The notes: generated by a model from the sequence alone, not told the origin. A stretch of 64,000 nt of DNA from an uncultured Gemmatimonadales bacterium (GCA_963851265.1 CAWKNZ010000002.1:992001-1056000), one strand, 5' to 3'; numbered from the stretch's first letter, positions 10,546-20,225 are shown. Numbers and translations are program-made.

Positions 10546-11574
10546 GTGGCGACAACGCACGAGTACGAGGTAGTGGTCGTCGGCGCCGGCCCGGCCGGCA
10601 TGACGGCGGCCATGTACGCCGGCCGCTCCATGCTCAAGAGCGTGATCATCGAGAGTGGCGAGCCCGGCGGCGAGCTGCTCAAGACCGAGGTGATCGAGGA
10701 CTATCCGGGTTTCGAGCACGTGCTCGGCCGCGACCTGGCCGAGAAGTTCGCGAGCCACGCGAAGAAGTTCGGATGCGAGTTCCACGAGTTCACCGACGTG
10801 CTCCACGTGCGGCGGATGGCCGACGGCTCGTTCGAGACGACGGCGCAGAGCAAGATCACTGAGGAACTGCACGTCTATCGGTCACCCACGGTGATCGTCA
10901 CGGCGGGCGGCACGCCCGTGTACCTCAACGTGCCGGGCGAGAGCGAGTACGCGGGGAAGGGCGTCAGCTACTGCGCCATCTGCGACGGCGCGTTCTTCCG
11001 CGGGCAGACGATCGCCGTCGTCGGCGGCGGCGACGCCGCCGTCGAGGAGGCCGATTTCCTCACGCGCTACGCCGAGAAGGTGTACCTCGTGCACCGCCGC
11101 GGGGAGCTGCGCGCCTCGAAGATCCTGCAGCAGCGCCTGTTCGAGAACCCGAAGATCGAGATGGTCTGGAACAAGGCCGTCGACGAGATCGCCGGCGAAC
11201 TTCCCGATGGCGTCAAGTCGCTGCGGCTGCGCGACACGGTCACCGGCGAGAAGAGCACGCTCGACGTCACCGGCGTGTTCATCTTCGTCGGCTTCAAGCC
11301 CAACACGGGCGTGATCGACATGCACTACGATCACGACGAGATGGGCTACGTGAGGACCGACGTGAACATGATGGCGTCGGTACCGGGCCTCTTCGCGGCC
11401 GGCGACCTGCGCTCGCAGCTCGTCCGGCAGGTGACGACGGCGGTCGGCGACGCGACGACCGCGGCGATCGCCGCCGAGAAGTACCTGAAGGCGTTGGAGG
11501 ACACGCACGGCGACACCGAGCAGGCCGCGCACGAGCCGCAGGTCGTCGTCGGCACCGGCGGGTACGCGGTCTGA
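10546..11574 (+). CDS. trxB: Thioredoxin-disulfide reductase
   Basis: GAGPAG, KGVSYCAICDG, VGGGDAAVEEA, HRR, GLFAAGD; AGGAG ribosome-binding site. Confidence 0.95.
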   Translation: MATTHEYEVVVVGAGPAGMTAAMYAGRSMLKSVIIESGEPGGELLKTEVIEDYPGFEHVLGRDLAEKFASHAKKFGCEFHEFTDVLHVRRMADGSFETTAQSKITEELHVYRSPTVIVTAGGTPVYLNVPGESEYAGKGVSYCAICDGAFFRGQTIAVVGGGDAAVEEADFLTRYAEKVYLVHRRGELRASKILQQRLFENPKIEMVWNKAVDEIAGELPDGVKSLRLRDTVTGEKSTLDVTGVFIFVGFKPNTGVIDMHYDHDEMGYVRTDVNMMASVPGLFAAGDLRSQLVRQVTTAVGDATTAAIAAEKYLKALEDTHGDTEQAAHEPQVVVGTGGYAV

Positions 11575-11588
11575 CGGCCCCGGCGACC

Positions 11589-12248
11589 GTGACACCGCGC
11601 GTCGAGTCCTGGGTACTCGGCGCGTTCCAGGAGAACGGCTACCTCGTTTCGGACCCCTCGACCGGGGCGGCCGTGCTCGTCGACCCGGGCGACGACGGCG
11701 AGCGCCTCGTCGCGGCCGTGCGCGCATCGCTCCGGGCGCACGACCTGCGGCTCGAGGGGGTGTGGCTCACGCACGCGCACCTCGACCACGTCGGCGCGCT
11801 CGCGGACGTCAAGCGGGCGTTCGACGTGCCCGTGCACCTGCACCCGCTGGACCGACCGACGTTCGACTATGCGCCGCGCGCGGCCGCGATGTACGGACTT
11901 CCGTGGACGCCCCAACCCGCCCCCGACCAGGACTTCACCGAGGGCCAGGAGCTCGCGCTCGGCGACCTGCGCTTCCACGTGATGCACGCGCCGGGGCACG
12001 CGCCCGGGCACGTCGTGATCCACGGTCATGGCATCGTGCTCGGTGGCGACGTGCTGTTCCAGGGCTCCGTGGGGCGCGTCGACCTGCCCGGCGCGGACCC
12101 GCGGGCGTTCTCGCGCACGCTCGAACGCGTGGCCGCGCTGCCGCCCGAGACGGTCGTTTACCCGGGGCACGGGCCGCCGACGGCGATCGGCCGCGAGCTC
12201 GCGTCCAACCCGTTCCTGAACGGCGGCGCGCGCGTCCGCGGCGGATGA
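11589..12248 (+). CDS. MBL-fold metallo-hydrolase (glyoxalase II/YcbL-like)
   Basis: THAHLDHVG, PGHAPG, GDVLF, PGHG motifs. Confidence 0.92.
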   Translation: MTPRVESWVLGAFQENGYLVSDPSTGAAVLVDPGDDGERLVAAVRASLRAHDLRLEGVWLTHAHLDHVGALADVKRAFDVPVHLHPLDRPTFDYAPRAAAMYGLPWTPQPAPDQDFTEGQELALGDLRFHVMHAPGHAPGHVVIHGHGIVLGGDVLFQGSVGRVDLPGADPRAFSRTLERVAALPPETVVYPGHGPPTAIGRELASNPFLNGGARVRGG

Positions 12249-12742
12249 CGACCGCTGCGTCCGCGACGGCCCCGGTCGGCCGACTCATGCTGTCCGGCAC
12301 GGTGCTCGCGCTATGGCTCGGCGCGGCGCTGCTCACGGCCGCGGTGGTTGCCCCGGCGGCTTTCGCCGTGCTGCCCACGCGGGCACTTGCCGGCGCGCTC
12401 GTTGGGCGCGTGCTGCCGACGATATTCGTCGGCGGCGTTGTCGTCGGGATCGCGGGCGCCGTGCTCGCGGCGGGGGCGGGGGGCGCGTACGCCCGCGGCC
12501 GCATCGCGTTGCCCGCGCTCTGCGCGGTTCTCTGCGGCGCGGCCCAGTTCGGCGTGACGCCCCGCATTCAGACGCTCCGCGCGCAGATGGGGCCCGACAT
12601 CGAAGCGCTGCCCAGGGACGACCCGCGCCGCGCGGAGTTCGGCAAGCTGCACGGCGTGTCGGTGCTCTTCATGGGGGCCGCCGGGCTCGCCGCCGGCGCG
12701 GCGATCATGCTCACGGCCGTCGCCGCGACGCGCGACCCGTGA
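12245..12742 (+). CDS. DUF4149-like membrane protein
   Basis: Four hydrophobic helices, VAPAAF and FGKLHGVS motifs; ATGA overlap with the upstream gene. Confidence 0.75.
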   Translation: MTTAASATAPVGRLMLSGTVLALWLGAALLTAAVVAPAAFAVLPTRALAGALVGRVLPTIFVGGVVVGIAGAVLAAGAGGAYARGRIALPALCAVLCGAAQFGVTPRIQTLRAQMGPDIEALPRDDPRRAEFGKLHGVSVLFMGAAGLAAGAAIMLTAVAATRDP

Positions 12743-12924
12743 CGCGCGAGCCGTGACGCTGCGCGGCTGACGACACGCACCTCGTCATCGGTCGCCGCGC
12801 GTCGATTGAAGGATCGCCTCCCGGCGAACGCGCGCCCGGCGCCGCGTTTGCGGGAGGTTCGCGAGCGGCGCCGACCCGCAGCCGCGCTCGGGACGACCGC
12901 TCGTACTCCACACACCTCCGCATC

Positions 12925-14358
12925 ATGACGACCACGACTGCCACCCGCACCGAAAAGGACCCCCTCGGCGAGCTGCAGGTGCCGGCCGACGCGCTATACG
13001 GCGTTCAGACGCTGCGCGCCCGCCAGAACTTTCCGATCAGCGGACTCCAGCCCCTCTGGCCGTTCGTGCAGGCGCAGGTGTGGATCAAAAAGGCAGCGGC
13101 ACTCACCCACAAGGAAACGGGGCGCCTCGACGCGGAGCGCGCCGACGCGATCGTGCGCGCGGCCGACGAGGTGCTCGCGCATCAGTGGGACGACCAGTTC
13201 GTCGTCGACCCGTACCAGGCGGGCGCGGGCACGTCGCACAACATGAACGTGAACGAGGTGCTCGCGAATCGCGCGAACGAGTTGTTAGGCGGCGAGCGCG
13301 GGACGTACAAGCCCGTGCACCCCAACGACCACGTCAACATGGCGCAGTCGACCAACGACACGATCCCGACCAACATCCGGTTGGCCGCGCTGTCGCAGCT
13401 CGGAGGGCTCGTCGGGGCGTTCGAGGCGCTGCGCGACGCGCTCGCGGACAAGGGGCGCGAGTTCGACCACGTCGTCAAGGCCGGTCGTACCCACCTGCAG
13501 GACGCCATGCCGATCCGCCTCGGGCAGGAGTTCACCGCGTACGCCGGATCGATCGACCGCGCGCTGCGCCGCGCGGTACAGGCGGCAGACTATCTGCGCG
13601 ACCTCGGCATCGGCGGATCGGCCGTCGGGACCGGAGTCACGGTCGAGGAGCAGTACCCGGCGCTGATGAATCGATATCTGCGCGAGATCACCGGACTCGA
13701 ACTTCGCGTCGGCGAGGATCGCATCCAGTTGATGCAGAGCATGGGCGACGCCGCCGCGTTCAGCGCAACCCTGCGCGGGCTCGCCATCGACCTGTCCAAG
13801 ATCGTGAGCGACCTGCGCCTCATGGTGATGGGCCCGCGCACCGGAATCGACGAGATCAAGCTTCCCGCCGTTCAGCCGGGCAGTTCGATCATGCCGGGGA
13901 AGATCAATCCGTCGATCCCCGAAATGGTCAACCAGGTGTGCTTCCAGGTGATCGGGTGCGACACGACCGTCGCGGTGGCCAGCGAGCACGGGCAACTCGA
14001 GCTGAACGTGATGATGCCGGTCATCGCGCACAACCTGCTGCTCAGCATGCGGATCCTGACGAACGCGGCCGCGGTGCTCACCGAACGCACGGTTCGCGGG
14101 ATCGAGGCGAACGAGGACATGTGCGCGTACTGGGTCGAGCGATCGGCCGCGCTCGCGACCGCGCTCATGCCGCACATCGGTTATGCCCGCGCGGCGGAAC
14201 TCAGCAAGCAGTCGGTCAAGGAGGGCGTGCTCATCCGCGAGATGGTCAAGCGCGATCGGATACTGCCCGACGCCCAAGCGGACGACGTGCTCGACCTTCG
14301 CAAGATGACCGAAATCGGCGTCCCCGGGGGTGCGCACGGCATGGTCGCCGGCGGTTGA
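12925..14358 (+). CDS. aspA: Aspartate ammonia-lyase (fumarase/aspartase superfamily)
   Basis: GSSIMPGKINP signature; GAGTSHNMN and QSTND are aspartase-type rather than FumC-type. Confidence 0.85.
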   Translation: MTTTTATRTEKDPLGELQVPADALYGVQTLRARQNFPISGLQPLWPFVQAQVWIKKAAALTHKETGRLDAERADAIVRAADEVLAHQWDDQFVVDPYQAGAGTSHNMNVNEVLANRANELLGGERGTYKPVHPNDHVNMAQSTNDTIPTNIRLAALSQLGGLVGAFEALRDALADKGREFDHVVKAGRTHLQDAMPIRLGQEFTAYAGSIDRALRRAVQAADYLRDLGIGGSAVGTGVTVEEQYPALMNRYLREITGLELRVGEDRIQLMQSMGDAAAFSATLRGLAIDLSKIVSDLRLMVMGPRTGIDEIKLPAVQPGSSIMPGKINPSIPEMVNQVCFQVIGCDTTVAVASEHGQLELNVMMPVIAHNLLLSMRILTNAAAVLTERTVRGIEANEDMCAYWVERSAALATALMPHIGYARAAELSKQSVKEGVLIREMVKRDRILPDAQADDVLDLRKMTEIGVPGGAHGMVAGG

Positions 14359-14559
14359 CGCGCTCCGTGGACACCGTCCGTCCGGAAGTTGGGACGGGCC
14401 GGGCGACGCGGTTCCGGCGTTGAGCCCGTAACTCCGCGTAGCCGTTGGAGTTCGCCGGCCGCCGGGGCGGCGCCCGGCCCGGGTATGGACGGTGCGAGTG
14501 GTAGGACCGTGGGCCGAAGCCTTGGCCCTCGGTCGTCCCTCACAGCCCCGGAGTTTCCC

Positions 14560-14970
14560 ATGCGTGCTCGCGCGTATCTCTCCCTACTCTCCCTCGCCGC
14601 CGCGGCGTCGACCGCCGCCGCGTCGGTCGCGGCGGCGCAGCCCGGCCGCTCCGCATTCGTCTGCCGCGATGGCGCGCGTGTTTTCGGCCGCAACCCGAGC
14701 GCGTGCGCTGGACACCACGGGTTCGACGCGCGCGCCACGCAGGCGCTCCGCGACGGGGTGTTACGTCGTGACGCCGGTTATCAAGCCGGGCGCTACCCGG
14801 ACGGCCAGCGGACGGACGGCGTGTACGATCAGCGCCGCACCGACGTCGACTCTCGCGGCCGCGATGCGCGTCGCGACGAGACCCGTCGCGACGATCGCCG
14901 CGATGCGCGCCGCGACGACCGGCACGATGACCGCCAAAACAACCGGCACGAACGCGACGGCCGGCCGTAG
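14560..14970 (+). CDS. Small secreted protein with a DUF3761-like Cys/His module and an Arg/Asp-rich tail
   Basis: Signal peptide, CRDG-x9-CAGHHG, then repeated RRDD-type units. Confidence 0.7.
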   Translation: MRARAYLSLLSLAAAASTAAASVAAAQPGRSAFVCRDGARVFGRNPSACAGHHGFDARATQALRDGVLRRDAGYQAGRYPDGQRTDGVYDQRRTDVDSRGRDARRDETRRDDRRDARRDDRHDDRQNNRHERDGRP

Positions 14971-15046
14971 CTCCGCGGCGGTGCACTCGGGGTGATCTGT
15001 GCCCGCTCGACCGCGTCGGGGGCTGACCCACGTGTCGCCGGGCGTC

Positions 15047-15052
15047 TACCTT
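15047..15052 (+). promoter_or_regulatory. Putative -10 box (TACCTT) of a leaderless Rrf2 transcript
   Basis: TAnnnT 6 nt before GTG 15059; CTGACC 18 nt further upstream; no Shine-Dalgarno sequence. Confidence 0.5.
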
Positions 15053-15058
15053 GAACGG

Positions 15059-15586
15059 GTGCGCATCACCACCTGGGCCGAATACGGACTGATCTGTGCT
15101 CTCCACCTCGCGCGCCGGGCCGACGACGGCCCGGTGACCGGGCGCGACATCGCGGCGAAGGAGCGGCTGCCGGCGGACTACGTCGAGCAGATTCTGCTTC
15201 GGCTCCGACGCGCCGAGATCGTCCGCAGCACGCGGGGCGCGCGAGGCGGCTACGCCCTCGCGCGCCCCGCGGACGAGGTCACCGTTCGCGAGATCATCCA
15301 GGCAAGCGAACTCTCGACGTTCGACCTGCACTGCGTGTCGAATCCGGTCGAGGAAGGGCGCTGCGCCGAGTCGCACAGCTGCAGCATCCGCCCAGTCTGG
15401 CAGATGCTCCAGCGGCGCATCGACGACGTTCTCGAGTCGGTCCGCCTCTCAGACCTGCTCATGGAGGAGGCGGCGGTCCGCGAGCGCGTCGGCCTTCCAC
15501 CGCGGGTCGCCGTGCCCGACCTGGCGGGCGTCTCCGGCGGCGTCGACGCTGAGGATCCACGCCGGCTCCCGGTGCTCCAACGCTGA
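15059..15586 (+). CDS. Rrf2-family transcriptional regulator, IscR-like
   Basis: MRITTWAEYG start, YVEQIL, RGARGGYAL, and three Cys (C-x9-C-x5-C). Confidence 0.92.
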   Translation: MRITTWAEYGLICALHLARRADDGPVTGRDIAAKERLPADYVEQILLRLRRAEIVRSTRGARGGYALARPADEVTVREIIQASELSTFDLHCVSNPVEEGRCAESHSCSIRPVWQMLQRRIDDVLESVRLSDLLMEEAAVRERVGLPPRVAVPDLAGVSGGVDAEDPRRLPVLQR

Positions 15587-16089
15587 CGCCCCGCCGCGGC
15601 GATCAGGCGCGCGGGGCGCGGGCGTTCGTCGCGGGCGCGTTCGCCGAGCCGGACGAGTCGGACGTGCAGCAGCTCGCCGAGCTGGCGACGCGCGGCGATG
15701 TGGATCACGCGCGGTGGGAGCTCCGCTACGCGAGCCGCGCGCTGGCGGTGCTGGTGGCCGAGCGCCGCGGCCACGACGATCGAACACCGTCGCTCGTGGC
15801 TGCGGCGGTCCACGACGCCTTCGTGATCGATCCGCGCGTTGCCGCGGATGCGCGCCCGCTCGCCGAGCGCCAGTTCAACGACAGGCTCGCGGCGTACCGC
15901 GACGAGTTCAGAGCGCGGACGCGTGAGCCGGCCGCCACCCGCCTCGCGCGCGTGCTCCTCGTGTTCGCCGGCGCGGTGCGCGTGGCGCGCGGGCAGGGGC
16001 TCGCCACCATCTCCGGTCTCATGGCGCGGCTGCTCGACCACACCGCCGCGGAGTTCGATCGGACGCTCGGCGTCTCGGCGAACGCGTAG
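15583..16089 (+). CDS. Hypothetical protein; start is either CTG 15583 (coupled) or GTG 15664
   Basis: Helical-looking ORF; frame is open and protein-like upstream of GTG 15664. Confidence 0.65.
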   Translation: MTPRRGDQARGARAFVAGAFAEPDESDVQQLAELATRGDVDHARWELRYASRALAVLVAERRGHDDRTPSLVAAAVHDAFVIDPRVAADARPLAERQFNDRLAAYRDEFRARTREPAATRLARVLLVFAGAVRVARGQGLATISGLMARLLDHTAAEFDRTLGVSANA

Positions 16090-16110
16090 CCGCAGCAGCG
16101 CGCGGCGTCG

Positions 16111-16154
16111 AAAACGTCGACGAGGGGCGCACCGCTATGGCGCGCCCCTCGTCG
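16111..16154 (-). terminator. Intrinsic terminator of tRNA-Leu (possibly bidirectional)
   Basis: 13-bp stem cgacgaggggcgc/gcgcccctcgtcg, followed on the minus strand by ACGTTTT. Confidence 0.7.
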
Positions 16155-16158
16155 TCAG

Positions 16159-16242
16159 TGCTCGGGGGGGGACTTGAACCCCCACGTCGTCTCCGACACA
16201 GGCTTCTGAGACCTGCGTGTCTACCAGTTCCACCACCCGAGC
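16159..16242 (-). tRNA. tRNA-Leu(CAG), CCA not encoded
   Basis: Reverse complement folds with acceptor GCTCGGG/CCCGAGC-A, D-loop GGAACTGGTAGAC, anticodon arm CAGGT-CTCAGAA-GCCTG, long variable arm and T-loop GGTTCAAGTCC. Confidence 0.96.
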
Positions 16243-16433
16243 GGCGGTCGCCGCGCGTGACTTCGCCGACGAGCTCCGTGGCGGGTCGCGATGCACCGGG
16301 CCGCGGAGAGCGGGGTAACGTAGTCGCGGCCGTTCGGAGCGTCAACGGAACCGCCGCGGCCCCACTCGATGTAGCTTCGCCGTAACGCGGCCGCGGTCGC
16401 GTCAGCTTCCCTCGTAATCGTCCGAACGTTCTC

Positions 16434-16931
16434 ATGGCCAAGTCGTCGCCCGCGGGCAAGACCGCCGCCGACAAGGCGCGCGCACAAGACGGCCCGATCG
16501 CGCGCCACAAGCGGGCGCGGTTCGACTATCACGTCGTCGAGACGTGGGAGGCGGGCATCGTGCTGACCGGCACGGAGGTCAAGGCGCTCCGAGCCGGCAA
16601 GGCGACGCTCACCGACGCGTTCGGCATCGTCAAGGACGGCGAGGTGTTCCTGCTCAACCTGCACATCGGGCAGTACGAGCAGGGGAACGTGTTCAACCAC
16701 GAGCCCACGCGCACGCGCAAGCTGCTCCTGCACCAGAAGGAGATCCGCCGCATGATCGGCGCCGTCGAGCGCGAGGGGCTCACGCTCGTCCCGCTCGACC
16801 TCTACCTGAAGGGGGGGCGCGTCAAGGTCACGCTGGCCCTCGCGAAGGGTAAGAAGCAGCACGACAAGCGCGAGGACCTCCGCCGCAAGGACGACGAGCG
16901 CGAGATGGCGCGCGTCGCCCGCGCCCGTTAG
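16434..16931 (+). CDS. smpB: SsrA-binding protein
   Basis: KRARFDY, EAGIVLTGTEVKALR, RTRKLLLH, KGKKQHDKRE. Confidence 0.97.
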   Translation: MAKSSPAGKTAADKARAQDGPIARHKRARFDYHVVETWEAGIVLTGTEVKALRAGKATLTDAFGIVKDGEVFLLNLHIGQYEQGNVFNHEPTRTRKLLLHQKEIRRMIGAVEREGLTLVPLDLYLKGGRVKVTLALAKGKKQHDKREDLRRKDDEREMARVARAR

Positions 16932-16935
16932 GCAC

Positions 16936-18348
16936 GTGGCGCGCGCGGGGCGCGTACGGGGGTGTGGCGCCGCGTTCGCAGTCGTGGCGCTCGCGGCGGC
17001 GGCGCCGCGCGCGCGCGCGCAGACGACGCCCGACCTCGTCGTGCGCACGCCCGCCGGCGCAGAGCGGCGCGTACCGGTCGTGAGCGTCGAGACGGCGGCC
17101 GGACCGCGCGACTTCGTTCGGCTCGACGCGTTCGCGACGGCCGTCGGCGCGCAGGTCACGCTGCGCGCTGATGGCGAGAGCGCGCGCTTCGAGTTCGGCG
17201 GCGCGGCCGTCGAGGTGCGTGATGGTCTGCCGTACGTCCGTGCGGGGACGACCGAGTTGCCGCTCGCCGCGGCGCCGACGCGTGACGCGCGTGGCCTGCT
17301 CGTCCCGACGCAGTTCGCCGTCGACCTCGTGCCGCGGCTCGTCCGGTCGGTCGCCTATGACGCGTCCACGCGTACGCTCGCGCCGGTCCGGATCGCCGCG
17401 CGCGCGACGGCGCGGGGCGCGCGCTCGGGCGCGCGCACGCCGACGGTCGCGGCCGCACCAACGCATGCCGCCGAGAGCGCGGCCGACTCGACCGCCCCAG
17501 TGGCGGCGGCCGTGCGCCTCGCGTCACCGCCACCCCGCGCGCGCCCCGCCGCGGACGCGAGCACGGCCGTGACCGCGGACGCGACCGCCGACGCACGACT
17601 CGACGCCGTCGGCGACGCCTCGGCGCGCGCGCATCGCATCGTAGCGGTGGACGCCGGGCACGGCGGTCCGGACGCCGGCATGCGTGGCGTGCTCGTCGAC
17701 GGCACACCGCTCGTCGAGAAGGACGTCACGCTCGGCGTCGCGCGCGCACTGCGTGGCGCGCTCATGGCGCGCGGCATCGGCGTGGTGATGACTCGCACGA
17801 CCGATACCCTCATCTCGCTCGGCGACCGGGGTCGAATTGCGAACGCACGGCACGCCGACCTGTTCGTCTCCGTGCACGTGAACGCGGCGAACCCGGGCTG
17901 GCGCGACCCGTCGGCCGCGCGCGGCTTCGAGACGTATTTCCTGTCGGAGGCGCGCACCGAAGAGGCCCGCCAAGTCGCGGACCGGGAAAACGCCTCGACG
18001 CGCTTCGAGACGGGGCTGGCTCCCAACGGCGTTGCCGACCCGCTGCGGTTCGTGATGAGCGACCTCGCGTCGAACGCGCACTTACGCGAATCCAGCCGAC
18101 TCGCCGCGGACGTGCAGACGCAACTCGAGCGCGTGCATCCGGGCCCCAACCGACGCGTCCATCAGGCCGGCTTCAAGGTGCTCGTGACCGCCGCGATGCC
18201 CGCGGTGCTCGTCGAGGTCGGGTTCGGCTCCAACCCGGAGGATGCCGCGTACCTCGCCAGCGTGCGCGGCCGCCGCGAGCTCGCCGAGGCGATCGCGAGC
18301 GCGGTCAGCGACTTCCTCGTCCGGTACGTCCGGAAGCCCGCTGAATGA
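16936..18348 (+). CDS. N-acetylmuramoyl-L-alanine amidase (Amidase_3)
   Basis: Signal peptide; VDAGHGG, EKD, SVHVNA, GFETY, PAVLVEVGF motifs. Confidence 0.92.
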   Translation: MARAGRVRGCGAAFAVVALAAAAPRARAQTTPDLVVRTPAGAERRVPVVSVETAAGPRDFVRLDAFATAVGAQVTLRADGESARFEFGGAAVEVRDGLPYVRAGTTELPLAAAPTRDARGLLVPTQFAVDLVPRLVRSVAYDASTRTLAPVRIAARATARGARSGARTPTVAAAPTHAAESAADSTAPVAAAVRLASPPPRARPAADASTAVTADATADARLDAVGDASARAHRIVAVDAGHGGPDAGMRGVLVDGTPLVEKDVTLGVARALRGALMARGIGVVMTRTTDTLISLGDRGRIANARHADLFVSVHVNAANPGWRDPSAARGFETYFLSEARTEEARQVADRENASTRFETGLAPNGVADPLRFVMSDLASNAHLRESSRLAADVQTQLERVHPGPNRRVHQAGFKVLVTAAMPAVLVEVGFGSNPEDAAYLASVRGRRELAEAIASAVSDFLVRYVRKPAE

Positions 18349-19292
18349 CGACGTCGTCCGACGCACGCCTCCGCGTCAGCGCGGCCGGACTCGAATTCCG
18401 AAACCCGATCGTCCTGGCCTCGGGAACGGCCGGCTACGGGCACGAACTTGCCGACGTCATGGACTTCGCGCGGCTCGGCGGTATCGCGACCAAGGCGGTC
18501 AGCGTGGCCCCACGCGCCGGAAACGCCGCGCCGCGCGTCGCGGAGTTTCCGGGCGGTATGCTCAACGCCGTCGGACTGGCAAATCCCGGCCTCGACCGGG
18601 TGCGCGCCGAGCACTTGCCGCGGCTCGCGGCGTGTCGCGCCGGCATGCGCGTTCTGGTCAACGTCGTCGGATTTGCCGTTTCGGATTTCGCGACGGTCGT
18701 GTCCGGGCTCGACGGCGTGGGCGCCGTGGACGCGTTCGAGCTGAACGTGAGCTGCCCGAACGTGAAGGCGGGTGGTCTCGAGTTCGGGGCCGACCCGACC
18801 GCCCTCGCGCAGGTGGTTCGGAGCGCGCGCGAGGTGACGCGACGACCGATCTTCGTCAAGCTCTCGCCCACGCTTCCCGACGTCGCGCGTGCCGCGCTCA
18901 CGGCGGCCGAGGCCGGGGCGAACGGAGTCACCCTGGTCAATACGATGCCTGGTCTCGTCATCGACACCACACGCCGGCGTCCGGCGCTCGGGTATGGAAG
19001 CGGCGGCGCGAGCGGGGCGGGGCTCCTGCCGGCCGGCGTGCTCGCCACGTGGCGAGTTCGCCGCGCGACCGAGGGACGGCTGCCGATCGTTGGGCTCGGG
19101 GGTGTTCGTTCGGCGGACGATGCGCTGCAGTACCTGCTGGCCGGCGCCGCGCTGGTCGGCGTTGGCACGGCGTCGATGCAGGACCCCCGCGCGCCGGAGC
19201 GAATCGCCCGCGGGCTCGAGGCGTGGGCCGAACGGGAGGGGGTTCGGTCGATCGCGGACGTGGTCGGGACCGTCGAGTGGCCGACGTCGTGA
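18345..19292 (+). CDS. pyrD: Dihydroorotate dehydrogenase, family 1
   Basis: NPIVLASGT, GMLNAVGLANPG, ELNVSCPNV, VKLSP, LVNT. Confidence 0.95.
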   Translation: MTTSSDARLRVSAAGLEFRNPIVLASGTAGYGHELADVMDFARLGGIATKAVSVAPRAGNAAPRVAEFPGGMLNAVGLANPGLDRVRAEHLPRLAACRAGMRVLVNVVGFAVSDFATVVSGLDGVGAVDAFELNVSCPNVKAGGLEFGADPTALAQVVRSAREVTRRPIFVKLSPTLPDVARAALTAAEAGANGVTLVNTMPGLVIDTTRRRPALGYGSGGASGAGLLPAGVLATWRVRRATEGRLPIVGLGGVRSADDALQYLLAGAALVGVGTASMQDPRAPERIARGLEAWAEREGVRSIADVVGTVEWPTS

Positions 19293-20017
19293 CCGAGCGC
19301 GCGTCCCCGGTCGACTTGATCGTCGCGCTGGACCGGCCGACGCTGGCCGGCGCCCTCGAGATCGTCGACGCGCTCGGCGACGCGTGCCGGTTCTACAAGG
19401 TCGGACTCGAGCTGTTCACCGCGAGCGGGCCGAGCGCGGTCGACGCCGTGCGGGCGCGTGGAGCGGAGGTGTTCCTCGACCTCAAGCTGCACGACATTCC
19501 CGCGACGGTGCGTGGCGCGGCGGCGCGCGCGGCCGCGCTTGGCGCACGGCTTCTGACCGTGCATGCGAGCGGCGGGACCGCGATGGTCCGCGCCGCCGTC
19601 GATGGCTCGGCGTCGGAAGGCGGCGCGTGTGACATTCTCGCGGTCACGGTCCTGACGTCGCTCGACGGGCCCGCGCTGGCGACGGCTTGGGGCCGGCCGG
19701 ATGTGCAACCGCCCGCTGAGGTCGTGCGACTCGCGGGGCTAACGGCCGAGGCTGGTGCGCACGGCGTCGTGTGTTCCGGGGCGGAGGTCGCCGGCGTGCG
19801 GGCCGCCGTGCCGGGCCTCGCGACGCTCGTTCCCGGGCTTCGGATGCCGGGGGATGCGGCGAACGACCAGGCGCGGGTCGTCACGCCAGCGGCGGCGTTC
19901 GCGTCGGGTGCTCGGTACCTGGTGCTGGGGCGGGCGGTCACGGCGGCGGCCGAACCACGCGCGGCGATGGCGCGGGTGCGGGCGTCGTTGGGGGCGAGCG
20001 CTCCCGCGACAATTTGA
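19289..20017 (+). CDS. pyrF: Orotidine-5'-phosphate decarboxylase
   Basis: IVALD, KVGLEL, FLDLKLHDIPAT, VTVLTS, PGLR, DQ; GTGA overlap with pyrD. Confidence 0.95.
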   Translation: MTERASPVDLIVALDRPTLAGALEIVDALGDACRFYKVGLELFTASGPSAVDAVRARGAEVFLDLKLHDIPATVRGAAARAAALGARLLTVHASGGTAMVRAAVDGSASEGGACDILAVTVLTSLDGPALATAWGRPDVQPPAEVVRLAGLTAEAGAHGVVCSGAEVAGVRAAVPGLATLVPGLRMPGDAANDQARVVTPAAAFASGARYLVLGRAVTAAAEPRAAMARVRASLGASAPATI

Positions 20018-20103
20018 CGCGCCGGCCCCTTGCATGTGGGGCCTAACTCCCGTTAATTGCGGGACTTGGCCGCAAATCTCCCTCGCATGGACGGAGCGTT
20101 ACT

Positions 20104-20220
20104 GTGAAAGTCCGCAGCAGCGTGAAGCCGATCTGCGAGCACTGCAAGGTCGTGAAGCGCGACGGCGTGACTCGCATCATCTGCTCTCGTAATCCCAAGC
20201 ACAAGCAGCGTCAGGGCTGA
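20104..20220 (+). CDS. rpmJ: 50S ribosomal protein L36 (not in the ORF track)
   Basis: Manual translation [42 protein letters not shown] upstream. Confidence 0.97.
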   Translation: MKVRSSVKPICEHCKVVKRDGVTRIICSRNPKHKQRQG

Positions 20221-20225
20221 CTGGA

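Noticed and set aside
8611..16933. Integron cassette array suggested by GCCTAAC/GTTAGGC (attC core consensus)
   Set aside because: The sites are kilobases apart, mostly inside core genes, do not form paired attC hairpins, and there is no integrase in the window.
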